Assembly (NCBI RefSeq): GCF_006345805.1
Contig: NC_043014.1
Span: 8,742,001-8,806,000 of the forward strand
Direction of reading: 5' to 3'
Source: Octopus sinensis
Lineage: Eukaryota
Length of the DNA stretch: 64,000 nucleotides
How positions within the stretch are numbered: the stretch's first letter is position 1; the number at the start of each line of letters is the position of its first letter. Of this stretch, positions 25,579 to 37,765 are shown piece by piece. The notes beneath the pieces are model-generated. The model was not told the origin of the DNA. It saw only the letters and a program-made list of their open reading frames with translations, and did not search any database. The position numbers and the translations under genes were made by a program.

Positions 25579-26080
25579 TTAAATGGGTAGAAGAAAGGTG
25601 TTCTAAGTCTAACAGCTGTTTCTGGGGGCTTGGCGATCCATATTGTGATGAACTAAATCTATCAATACAGTCCTATATTTAAGAGATGAGGAATTTTGTA
25701 CATTATTTACATTTGATGGATATTTGTCCTCATCTTGTTTGTTGTTTCGGCTGATATACCCACCAGCTTTCATCAGGTGTCTTGGGGAAATTTCGAACCT
25801 GAGTTCTCATTCCTGAGTTTTCGATGTTAATATTATCATCATCATCATCATCATCATTATTATTGTTATCATTATTATTATTCAGGTCACTGCCTGGAAT
25901 CGAACTCGGAATCTTGAGGTTAGTAACCCGTAGCTTTAATCACTCCGCCATATGCCTGTCAACAACAAACAAGATGAGAACAAATATCCGTCAAATGTAA
26001 ATCTATCAACATTACTATGGATCGGCAATCCCTCTAGAAACAGCTGTTGGACTTAGAACAGCTTTCTTCCACCCCTTTAA
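25579..26080. mobile_element. Fold-back PLE-like element (arms 25579-25650 and 26010-26080) carrying a hammerhead 3' half; its loop holds a younger insertion
   Basis: The arms are reverse complements; GAAAC-AGCT-GTT palindromic stem III at 26037-26048. Confidence 0.65.
25666..26002 (-). mobile_element. tRNA-headed SINE-like element with a hammerhead-containing tail and an inverted terminal copy
   Basis: A box TGGCGGAGTGA (25940-25950), B box GAGTTCGATTCC (25896-25907), CTGATGA-a-agctg/cagcc-GAAAC (25744-25776), inverted repeat 25705-25746 / 25961-26002, TSD taaatctatcaa. Confidence 0.75.
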
Positions 26081-26627
26081 TCTTCTCTGTCATTTGTACT
26101 CTACGTAAGTTGCACCAATTTATATAAATATCTACATATTTTATACATATTCATTATCTGAAAGTTTCCACCTTTCGCTTTCTCTCGTTTTGCATATTAT
26201 ACGTACATACATATTTTGTATTTGATGTATATCTAATCTGTTTGTCCGCATAATAGCTTTTATACCCGTTCAACTTGATCCCTCTCATAGCCTTTCTTTA
26301 CGTTGTGGAATGATCCTCTCTAAAGACATCAGAATCTAAGTTTCAATCTTTTGAGCACTGCTAGGTGTCTTCTATACGGAGAATCTCTGGATCTCATATG
26401 TGTGTGTCCGTCCGTCCGTGGTTGCGTTTGTTCCACACCATCGCTTTGCAACAATAGGGCGTGTAAGAAATAGCAGCCAAATCTTTCCTTTTCTGGGGAA
26501 AGAAGCCGTTGACGTGTGGTTTCGATGTCACATTCGTTGAAAGTATGCGCAAAAAAACTTGGAAAGGAAAAAAAAAAAACCCCACGAAACAAAACTCCAT
26601 TGCTGGGAAACTCAGACTTTCCAGGTT

Positions 26628-26667
<40 letters not shown>

Positions 26668-26869
26668 TTCAAATTACGATGAACGTAAACAAACAAACGA
26701 ACTTTCCTTCAGAAGCGTTGAGATGTCTTAGAAAGTTAAAGAAGTGATTTTAAATTCTCAAACGCAGAATAATGCTAATAATATAGCCTGAACAGGATAA
26801 GCTACCCCTATTTTGCAGAAAAACGTGTTGGCGGCCGGCTATGAGACTCGAACTCACACAACGGGAACC

Positions 26870-27173
26870 CAACGACGAGGGTTCCAGTTGATCCGACCAA
26901 CGGAACAGCCTGCTCGTGAAATTAACGTGCAAGTGGCTGAGCACTCCACAGAGTGTGACAAGGCTGGTCCTTTGAAATACATGAAGAAAGCGTGAGAGAA
27001 AGTTGTGTTGAAAGAGTACAGGTGGGTTAACCACCACCACCCCCTGCCCGAGCCTAGTGGAGCTTTAGGCGTTTTCGCTCAATAAACACTCATAACACCC
27101 AGTCTGGGAATCGAAACCGCGATCCTACGGCTGCGAGTCCGCTGCCCTAACCACTGGGCTATAGCGCCTCCAC
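26870..27173 (-). mobile_element. SINE family C
   Basis: Head and body match; same tail type as the 50950 copy. Confidence 0.85.
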
Positions 27174-27288
27174 TATATATGTATATGTGTGTGCATATAT
27201 ATATATATATATATATTATATTTTTATTTATTTATTGAAGGAGCTTCTACAGGACTAGAACTGTTTCATTCAAAAGAAATCATCAGGA

Positions 27289-27339
27289 AGCTTCCTGATG
27301 ATTTCTTTTGAATGAAACAGTTCTAGTCCTGTAGAAGCT
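27289..27339 (+). ncRNA. Type I hammerhead ribozyme with an intact core, mirrored on the minus strand by a perfect palindrome (27237-27344)
   Basis: Stem I agcttc/gaagct; CTGATGA 27295-27301; stem II ttc(tttt)gaa closed by a T-T mismatch; GAAAC 27314-27318; stem III acag/ctgt; GTA 27331-27333. Confidence 0.8.
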
Positions 27340-27421
27340 CCTTCTATAAAATAAATTAATTTACTCTGCTATGTATTGAGTACCTTATTTACTGTGGTTA
27401 ACCCCGACTCAACCCGGGACC

Positions 27422-27463
<42 letters not shown>

Positions 27464-27502
27464 TCTAGTTTCAGCTCACGAGCTGTGGCCATGCTGTGGC
27501 AC

Positions 27503-27540
<38 letters not shown>

Positions 27541-27654
27541 GTGTGTGTGTGTCTGTGATACACACACGTATGTATGTATGTAATATATATATATACTATA
27601 TATATATTATATATATATATATCTGTGTGTGTGTCTGTGATATACACACGTATG

Positions 27655-27693
<39 letters not shown>

Positions 27694-27766
27694 CTGTGAT
27701 ACACACACGCATATATGTATGTATGTATGATGTATGTATATATATATTATATATATATAATATATA

Positions 27767-27808
<42 letters not shown>

Positions 27809-28627
27809 TGGTTTAAATATTGGCACAAGGCCAAAAATTAAACAGACACATGACATGGTACGAACCGGAAATTCACGCAAAGACAGGAACATGCTCTTTC
27901 TTCATCAGTTGCACCCACCCACACACACTAGAGTAAAGAAGAAGACGAAGAAGAAGAGCTAGCTATTTTACACATCTCACACTATTATTATCCTATCCAA
28001 AAAGCTCTCTGTGAGTGCAGTGAATGTGGGACAACCTACATACAGAAAATGTACCTCGCTCTCTCTACCCGTCATATATTTTCAGTCTCTTAGACTCTCT
28101 ACCTATCACATATATATATATGTGTGTGTGTATATATGTGTACAGAAATTGCGGGGTTGTGGGTAGAAGGAATCAAGAATGTTGATGGTTTGTAATTCAT
28201 TCATTTCCTGTGAAAAAGGGCTGGTGGAATGGTGAGTGAAACTGTACACCACAAACACATATAAACATACACTTTCGTCCTCCGTTTCTTTCTCTCCTGC
28301 CCCTCGCGCGACGGGGAGCAATGGAAGGCATTCAAACCCTGCAACAGTGCATACACTACGTAATATATATATGTATATATGTGTATTACACACACATACA
28401 TACATACATATATACATACATATATACACACATATATATATGCATATACATACATACATGCGTATAGACACACACATATACATATATATATACACGCACA
28501 AATACAATATGTATGAATTATTTATACATAGACACACCATATTCGTATACTATATATGAATATATGAAAATGAATTTATATATAGAGCAGTCATACGAAA
28601 CCTGCGGCCCGCGGGACTTTCTGAATC

Positions 28628-29121
28628 GACGTTCCCTCACCCCAAAAAAATCGCTATTTAAAAAAAGAATTTTTCGACACTTTTCGGGTATGAGAAATAC
28701 GAATCTGCAAAAACATTGGCAAAAATCGGCATTTTAAAATTACCCCTCCACCCCCATTTCCTTAATTTTTTTTTTTTTTTTTACTTTTTGCAGAATTTTT
28801 TTTTTTCAAAATATGCGGAAAAATACGAACATTATGATTCGGACAAAAATTTCAGTTACGGTTAGGGTTAAGGAGTTAGGGTTAGGGTTTCAGTGTTAGG
28901 GAAAAAAGTCAAAATTGAAGAATTTGGGGTTCTTGTAGGGTTAAGGAGTTAGGGTTAGGGTTTCAGTGTTAGGGAAAAAAAGTCAAAATTGAAGAATTTG
29001 GGGTCATTGTGGATTTGAAGAATCCACAATGCCGATTTTTGGCAATTTTCCGGGGGTTTTTGAAAAAAAAAAAAAAATTAAATAAACAAATTTGGGAGAA
29101 GATGGGGGGGGGGGAAGTCTT
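28628..29121. mobile_element. Probable non-autonomous DNA transposon with TTAGGG-like internal repeats and a ~75-bp internal duplication
   Basis: Ends gacgttccctcacccc / gggggggggaagtc; the right end matches ~15040-15090 in reverse. Confidence 0.5.
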
Positions 29122-29426
29122 TCCATTAAAACTCAAAACAAATTCGATTTTACGAATGTCAAAATAGGAAATTACTGAACCAAGGACAATACAAGCAGCG
29201 CAAAGTTCAAGTAAAGAGTTCAACGAACGAGACAAGCATCGCGATGGGGTAGTCATATCCACTTTTACTTTGGCTATCAAAGTATTTCCTGATTCATTTA
29301 AGGCATGGTCACTGTTTAACTTGATGTTGTATAGATATAAAAAAATGTGGTTCAGACAATGAGTTGGAGTTGTTTTGTTTGACATGTATTTGAAAGACTT
29401 TACAAAAAGATAACTATGATAACTAT

Positions 29427-29818
29427 AGGCGTAGGAGTGGCTGTCTGCCGTTACGTTGTGAGTTCAAATTCCGCCGAGGTCGACTTTGCCTTTCATCCTT
29501 TCGGGGTCGATAAATTAAGTACCAGTTACGCACTGGGGTTGATGTAATCGACATAATACCTATGTCTGTCCTTGTTTGTCCCCTCTATGTTTAGCCCCTT
29601 GTGGGTAATAAAGAAATAGGTAAGTAGCTTGCTTACGAACCACATGGTTCCGGATTCAGTCCCACTGCATGGCACCTTGGGCAAGTGTCTTCTACTATAG
29701 CCTTGGGCTGACCAAAGCCTTGTGAGTGGATTTGGTAGACGGAAACTGAAAGAAGCCCGTCGTATATATATGTATATATATATATATTATATATATATAT
29801 ATAATATATATATATATA

Positions 29819-29854
<36 letters not shown>

Positions 29855-30058
29855 TTGTCCCCCCAACATCGCTTGACAACCGATGCTGGTGTGTTTACGT
29901 CCCCGTAACTTAGCGGTTCGGCAAAAAAAAGAGACCGATAAAATAAGTACTGGGCTTACAAAGAATAAGTCCTGGGGGAGTCGATTTGATCGACTTAAAG
30001 GCGGTGCTCCAGCATGGCCACAGTCACATGACTGAAACAAGTAAAAGAGTAAAGAGTA
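29427..30058 (+). mobile_element. SINE family A with a headless family B unit (~29443-29620) inserted in its A box
   Basis: ggagtggctgt|ctgccgttacg...aaagaaatag|gtaagtagcttgc. Confidence 0.85.
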
Positions 30059-30500
30059 ATGTAATTATTTGAATCTGAAAACCCACGAGCTTAGCTGAAA
30101 ACCACTTTGCCAAGCCCTCAATGAAATAATTAAGTAGAAAATACCCACGGCACAAAGGTTGTGTTATCTAACCGAGATATAAATAAAAAGAAAGTGAAGA
30201 ATTATGATGATGATGATGATGAAGCGGACTATTATTGCATATAAATGTGTATTTTGTTTGCTTTGCAATTTTCTGAGAAAAGAAGCAGGATATTCATCCA
30301 TCCATCCAACCTACCTCCTACCTACATGTCTATCTATCTATCTATTTGTCTGTCTATCTATCTATCTATCTATCTATCTGTTTATCTATCTATCTGTCTA
30401 TCTGTTTATCTATCTATCTGTCTATCTATCTTTGTGTCTGCCTGTCTGTCTATCTATTTGTCTGTCTGTCTATCTGTCTATCTATCTATCTATCTATTTG

Positions 30501-30532
<32 letters not shown>

Positions 30533-30968
30533 CCTACCTATCTGTCTGTCTGTCTATCTATCTATCAATCTTTATTTATCTAGCAAGCTATCTTTGTTTA
30601 CGTATCTAGCTGTCACTTCTCTCTCTCTCACACACACAAACACACTTGGGTCGTTTGTTTTATTTAAGCGAATTACTTCTATTAAGGTATTTGCGAATGG
30701 CTCCATGCGCCGGAACCGGATGTTATATAATAGAAACTTGCCATTATCTCTAGCTGGAGAATTCAGTAGAGACAGATTGGTGTGCGTGTGCGCGCACGTG
30801 TGTGTGTAGGCCATGCTGGGGCACCACATTTAGTCGAACAAATAGACCCCAATGCTTATCTTTAAAAGTCTCGTACTTATTCTATCGGTTCTATTTTGCC
30901 AAACCGCAAGTTTAAGAGGACGTAAATAAACCGGCACCGGTTGGCAAACGGTGGTGGAAAAAATATAC

Positions 30969-31044
<76 letters not shown>

Positions 31045-31282
31045 TGTGTTTGTGTGTTTATATTTATATACCACACCACCGCCTGACAACCGGTGTTAGT
31101 GTGTGTACGTCCCCGTAACTTAGCGGATCGGCAAAAGTAACTGACACAATAAGTACCACACTTAAAAATAAAATAAGTACTGGGGTCGATTCACTGGAAT
31201 AAAAATTCTTCAAGGTGGTGCTGCAATATGGCCGTAGTCTAAAAGATATTAATCTAGCTCGCTGAATAGATAGATAGAGAGA

Positions 31283-31448
31283 TGGAGTGGCTGTGTGGTA
31301 AGTAGCTTGCTAACTAACCACATGGTTCCGGGTTCAGTCCCACTGCGTGGCATCTTGGGCAAGTGTCTTCTGCTATAACGCCGGGTCGACCAATGCTTTG
31401 TGAGTGGATTTGGTAGACGGAAACTGAAAGAAGCCCATTGTATATATG

Positions 31449-31505
<57 letters not shown>

Positions 31506-31661
31506 GTGTATGTTTGTGTGTCTGTGTTTACGCAAAAGAGACCGATAGAATAAGTACTGGGCTTACAAAGAATAAGTCCCGGGGTCGATTTGCTCGACTA
31601 AAGGCGGTGCTCCAGCATGGCCGCAGTCAAATGACTGAAACAAGTAAGAGAGTAAAAGAGT
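31283..31661 (+). mobile_element. SINE family A with an internal deletion
   Basis: Head and tail present; about 70 bp are missing after the microsatellite. Confidence 0.85.
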
Positions 31662-32149
31662 AATGAAAGAGAGAAATAGAGATGGACAGATAGAGAAATA
31701 CAGAGAAAGCGAGGGAAAGAGAGAGAGATGGTGGTGGAAGAAGCGATTTAAATGGTGGGTGGCCAAGGCCTGTCGTTGAGAAAGGAATTCAAGACTACTC
31801 ACTAATCAGATAAATATACAAAACAGACCGGACGTATGTTTTAAATACAAACGATGTATTGTATGTACCCTACATACATACACTTAATCATATGTATATA
31901 CTGCACAAACAGACAATATGAGGCGTGAGGTCGGAAATGCTACCCATAGCACTTACACACGCAGTGTTACGTCACGCCAGTTGCCCCGTCAGAAAGGATT
32001 GTCTCTTTTCACAATCATATATTAGCGAGTAAAGACTACGCCGCCTGCTTTCATCGAAATGTCCGTCTAACGTCCCCGTTCACCTCCAGCATGCCTCATT
32101 ATTTTCTTACCCTACCTACATGGCGAGCTCTATACTGCTTTTCAACTTC

Positions 32150-32914
32150 TTAACCCTTTTTACACCAACCCAGCTGAAACCACTTCTGGCTCTGTAGTAC
32201 AAATGTCTTGTTTTCATAAGTTTTGAATTAAAATCTTCCATCAAACCTTAGTCACAATTTATGTTTCTAACACTAGCTTAATGATAATTAAGTTATTTAA
32301 CTAAATTCTTTGTTATATTTAAAATTAATTGAAAGAAACACAGAGCATCTCAACCGAAATATGGTAACAAAAGGGTATAATAGAGAAACAATTCTTAATC
32401 CTTTTGATACCAACCTGGTTGAAACCGGCTCTGGCTCTGTAGTACAAATGTCTTGTTTTCATAAGTTTTGAATTAAAATCTTCCATCAAACCTTAGTCAC
32501 AATTTATGTTCCTAACACTAGCTTAATGATAATTAAGTTATTTTACTAAATTCTTTGTTATATTTAAAATTAATTAAAAGAAACACAGAGCATTTCAACA
32601 GAAATATGGTACAAAAGGATTAAAATATATAATAGAGAATAATTCTTAACCCTTTTTACACCAACCCAGCTGAAACCACTTCTGGCTCTGTAGTACAAAT
32701 GTCTTGTTTTCATAAGTTTTGAATTAAAATCTTCCACCAAACCTTAGTCACAATTTATGTTCCTAACACTAGCTTAATGATAACTAAATTATTTTACTAA
32801 ATTCTTTGTTATATTTAAAATTAATTGAAAGAAACACAGAGCGTCTCAACAGAAATATGGTAACAAAAGGGTTTAAATAAATAATAGAGAAACAATTCTT
32901 AATCCTTTTGGTAC
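32150..32914. mobile_element. Tandem array of three piggyBac-like MITEs (~222 bp) plus a stub
   Basis: TTAA-CCCTTTT...AAAAGGG ends; units start at 32154, 32399 and 32650; diverged relative at ~38140-38355. Confidence 0.8.
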
Positions 32915-33097
32915 TAAACGTCAGGCCTTGTGTCTATAATAGAATGGATTGTAAGAAATAGTTAGGTTCCTTTCACTAGCGTTTTACACAGTTCAACATG
33001 TTTCAGCCACTAAAAGGGATAAATTTTGATCCTTTCACCCGAACGATTTTCACTAAGAAAAAAAAAAGTGGGGGGGGGGGGGAATATTCTTTCTAAA

Positions 33098-33385
33098 CCT
33101 AATACTTATTCTGTCTGTCTCTTTTGCTGAACCACGAAGTTACGGGGACGTAAACACTCCAGCATCTGTTGTCAAGCGATGTTGGAGGACAAACACGCAC
33201 ACACACATATATATATATATATATATAACGACGGGCTTCTTTCAGTTTCCGTCTACCAGATCCACTAACAAGGCTTTGGTCGGCCCGAGGCTATAGTAGA
33301 AGACACTTGCCCACGCAGTTGGGACTGAACCCGCAACCATGTGGTTGGTAAGCCAGCTACTAACCACACAGACACTCCTGCGCCT
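33098..33385 (-). mobile_element. SINE family A, 3'-truncated
   Basis: Reverse-complement match to the family. Confidence 0.85.
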
Positions 33386-33908
33386 ATACAACAAATTTTT
33401 AAACATCGAACTTCAGAATATAACAATAGTCAAAGGTGGGTCCTTAGACAGAAAAAAATAGCGGTGCCCTAGCATGGCCGCAGTCAATTACGTAAAGGCT
33501 AAAAAAAATTCACTCAATACTTGTTTTACGCTACGCGAGAGGAAATCGCATATTTAAATGAATGAAAGCAAGTTTATTTATATATTTTCACACACACCTA
33601 TGTGTAGTTGATACGTAAGTGATAGAAGTGAAGGATGGGCTGTGTAGGTGGACATAGGCACACTTATATGAAGACAGTTGGTTCACTAGTGGCAATATAT
33701 AGAGTAATAAAAAGTATGTACGTGTACAAGACAGACAGATAAATAGGTTGGGATGTGTGTCTGTGTGTGCGTGGTGTGTGTGAAGTAATTGTGGTTTTAT
33801 AAATGGGGAATACGTCATAACGTATTAAAAGCATTTTGAAAGTGAAAATATTTCTAGGAGCTTAACTGAAAACTGATACATAAAACATTAGCAAGAAATG
33901 TTTCTAGG

Positions 33909-33954
<46 letters not shown>

Positions 33955-33997
33955 TATATATATCGGAATGGTCATATTGCCAGTTTAGCCAATAAAC

Positions 33998-34054
<57 letters not shown>

Positions 34055-34069
34055 ATATATATATATATA

Positions 34070-34218
34070 CCGGAGTAAATACATAAATGTGAAACAAGGT
34101 GGAAAAAGAGTACTCAAATACCAGTGGTAGAGTAATATGCTTTATTTAAAGCAGCAGAAAATTCAACAAAACCTGTTACTCTGAGTTTTGTTGAATTTTC
34201 TGCTGCTTTAAATAAAGT
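34070..34218. mobile_element. Second copy of the 3746 PLE-like fold-back element, inside (TA)n
   Basis: Same terminus cggagtaaa(c/t)acataaatgtgaaac; minus strand reads AAACTCAGAGTA-acagg (HHR 3' half); different inversion point. Confidence 0.75.
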
Positions 34219-34226
34219 ATATATAT

Positions 34227-34258
<32 letters not shown>

Positions 34259-34262
34259 ATAT

Positions 34263-34299
<37 letters not shown>

Positions 34300-34509
34300 C
34301 TGTGTGTGTGTGTGTGTGTGTTTGTCCTCCCAACATCGCTTGACAACCGATGCTGGTGTGTTTACGTCCCCGTAACTTAGCGGTTCGGCAAAAAGAGACC
34401 GATAGAATAAGTACTGGGCTTACAAAGAATAAGTCCTGGGATCGATTTGCTCGACTTAAAGGCGGTGCTCTAGCATGGCCACAGTCAAATGACTGAAACA
34501 AGCAAAAGA

Positions 34510-34579
<70 letters not shown>

Positions 34580-34752
34580 AATTTGCCAAGGAAGTAACAA
34601 ACTTTATTAAGTAATTAAACTTGTTATGAATTAATTATCCACTTAAGGCAAAACAATGCTTTCTAAGACTATATATTACTAATTATAAATATAATATAAA
34701 TGTGTGTGTGTGTATGGTCATATACATATATGTATGTATACATATGTACCTT

Positions 34753-34783
<31 letters not shown>

Positions 34784-34794
34784 CACCAATTGAA

Positions 34795-35005
34795 CATGGC
34801 CGTTGCCAGTACCGCCTGACTGGCCCTTCTGCCGGTGGCACGTAAAAGCACCCACTACACTCTTGGAGCGGTTGGCGTTAGGAAGGGCATCCAGCTGTAG
34901 AAACTCTGCCAGATCAAGATTGGTGCCTGGTGCAGCCATCTGGTTCGCCAGTCCTCAGTCAAATTGTCCAACCCATGCCAGCATGGAAGCGGACGTTAAA
35001 CGATG

Positions 35006-35007
<2 letters not shown>
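34795..35007 (+). mobile_element. 3' part of an RTE-related SINE or LINE
   Basis: ggttggcgttaggaagggcatccagctgtagaaa motif and a ggacgttaaacgatgat tail. Confidence 0.6.
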
Positions 35008-35072
<65 letters not shown>

Positions 35073-35149
35073 ATATATATATATATATATAAGACTCTTA
35101 GGCCCAAACATCACTGTTTTCGTCGCGCAACGTGGGTCCTTTCGCTTTC

Positions 35150-35670
35150 TAGTAAGCGAGATCTTATCAGAAGGCCTCCAGGCAAGCGCAACAACCCACA
35201 TTACACGACAAAAACAGTGAAGTTTGTGGGTAAGAGTTTGATGCTTTGGGGACACGTAAAAAAAATGATGGTTCAAGATATTTGGTTACAATTGACGGTA
35301 ACTTGAATAGTGCCAAATACATCCAGTTGCTGAAGGACAATTTGATACCGGACTTGGATGAAGGTGAGATTTTCTAGCATGACGGAACTCCATGCCACAG
35401 ATTGCGTGCAACACAACAGAGTCTGGCTGGTGAGGGTGTTACCGTATTGAAAGATTGGCCAGCTCAGAGCCCTGACTTAAATATCATCGAGCAAATGTGG
35501 ACAGAACTAAAGAGAGGAGTTCGTCAGAAGAGTCCACGCAATCTTGAAGAGTTGTGGGAGCTCAGCCATTGAGAATGGCATCTCACAACTATTATGAAGA
35601 TGGTGAAGGATTTGTACACATCTCTTCTCAAGTGCATTGAAAAGCTAACGGAAGCCACACGAAATATCAA
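35150..35670 (+). pseudogene. Decayed Tc1-family transposase (DDE domain, DD35E spacing)
   Basis: Manual translation: IRRPPGKRNNPHYTTKTVKFVGKSLMLWG/..IDGNLNSAKYIQLL..IF*HDGTPCH..VLKDWPAQSPDLNIIEQMW; contains a stop and frameshifts. Confidence 0.9.
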
Positions 35671-36497
35671 CAATGTACAGTAACTTCTTGAAACGAACAT
35701 TATGTAATAAATTTTCACTACAGACATTTTTCCGTTTTAAAACACTGATTCTTGATTGGTTTATGTGAGGCGGCCGAAAACTTTTGTTTGTCCCCTCTGT
35801 GTGTAGCCCCCTGTGGGCAGTAAAGAAATAAGAAACGTTAGCAGGCAAGGCGAAATACTTAGCCGTATTTCGTCTGACTTTATGTTCTGAGTTCAAATTC
35901 CGCAAAGGTCGACTTTGCTTTTCATCCTTCCCTGGTCGATAAATTCAGTATCAGTTGCGCACTGGGATCGATCTAATCGACTCCTCCTCCCCCCCGCACC
36001 CCCACCAAATTTCGGGCCTTGTGCCAAGAGTAGAATAGGATATATTGGCGAGTGAACAATACTTGCTCATCAGTTGACTGACCTTATTTTTTATGATAGG
36101 AGTGATGGCAAATAAGGTGCGTTTGTGTCGTAAACAGCAGCAAAAGAAGAAAAAAAAGTCCTAAATATGCGAGTAATTTACTAAAATTAAGTTGTCAACG
36201 CCTAGACTTTAAGTACGATATTAATATTGTTTAGTTACAATCCTTTTTTTCTTTTTTAAACCTTCCCAGTGGAAATTCTGAATGGATTTTAAAAACACAC
36301 ACACACACACACGTACCTATATACACTTTTCAACAGGTAGAATGTAGTAAAAGTGACTCGATGACCGAGAGTTTCGAGAAAAGCAGTAATCAATTAGAAT
36401 CTGAGAGCTTGTCCCCTAATAAACCTGCACCGACCAATACCTTGCGAATGGATTTGGCAAACGGAAACAGGGTGGAAACCCAGTTTTCACCCAGTTT

Positions 36498-36916
36498 AAG
36501 GCGGCGAGATGGCAGAAACGTTAGCACGCCGGGCGAAATGCGTAGACGTATTTCGTCTGCCTTTACGTTCTGAGTTCAAATTCCGCCGAGGTCGACTTCG
36601 CTTTTCATCCTTTCGGGGTCGATAAATTAAGTACCAGTTACGCACTGGGGTCGATATAATCGACTTAATCCGTTTGTCTGTCCTTGTTTGTCCTCTCTGT
36701 TTTTAGCCCCTTGTGGGTAGTGAAGAAATAGGTATTTCGTCTGCCGTTACGTTCTGAGTTCAAATTCCGCCGAGGTCGACTTTGCCTTTCATCCTTTCGG
36801 GGTCGACTAAATAAAGTACCAGTTACGCACTGGGGTCGATCTAATCGACTTAATCCGTTTGTCTGTCCTTGTTTGTCCCCTCTGTGTTTAGCACCTTGTT
36901 GGTAGTAAAGAAATAG
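36498..36916 (+). mobile_element. SINE family B dimer inserted into an old family A copy (~36430-37185)
   Basis: Head plus two units; flanking duplication ggaaac(a/t)gggtggaaacc. Confidence 0.85.
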
Positions 36917-37765
36917 GAAACTGGGTGGAAACCTGCCGTGCGTGTATGTGTATATGTGTGTGTTTGTGTGCATGTGTATCTGTGTCCGTCTCACCACTGT
37001 TTGACTATCGGTATTGGTTTGTTTACGTCCCCGTAACCTAGCAATCCGACAAAAGAAAACCCAAAAGAATAATTACCTAACTTACAAGCAATGAATAAGT
37101 ACTAAGATCGATTTATGCGATTAAAAGTTCTTCGTGACAGTGCCCCAGCATGGGCGCAGTTCAACGACTGAAACAAGTCAAAATTAAATGATAGTGTGTT
37201 GTTGCTGATAATGTTTGTCTTTGTCTCGGTCTAAATTATGATTTAAAACATTCCATTCGTGACCATCCCGTATTTCTTCCTACGGCGCAGTGTAAAACTG
37301 TATACTTATTGTTATATTTGAAAACATAACTAGAGTTTAATGGGGGGGGGGGAAAAAAAACTTTTAAATATAAACTTAGCGGTTCGGCAAAAGGGACCGA
37401 TAGAATAAGTACTAGGCCTACAAAGAATAAGTCCTAGGGTCGATTTGCTCGACTAAAGGCGGTGCTCCAGCATGGCCAGTCAAATGACTGAAACAAGTAA
37501 AAGAGTATTAAAAAAAACGATTTCGTCTGCTAGTCATTGTCGATTATTGCCGATTATTGCCGGTTATTAACGAATGTCGTCGATTATTGCCGAATATGAA
37601 CGATTATTTGTTTACTTTCAACTTGCTTCGCGTTGTTGTTATTGGGCATCTTATATGTGCAAAAATCGAAATTTTACCGAGTAGTGTGACTTTGGGGTGT
37701 GTGAAATAAAAATACTGACAGTGATAAATGTCATAACAAAGTGAGATGCAGAACCAGCATTGGGG

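Noticed and set aside
28969-29385. 138-aa minus-strand ORF (also the 103-aa ORF at 51649-51960)
   Set aside because: No recognisable domain; the 28969 ORF runs into a repeat, and these lengths are compatible with chance.
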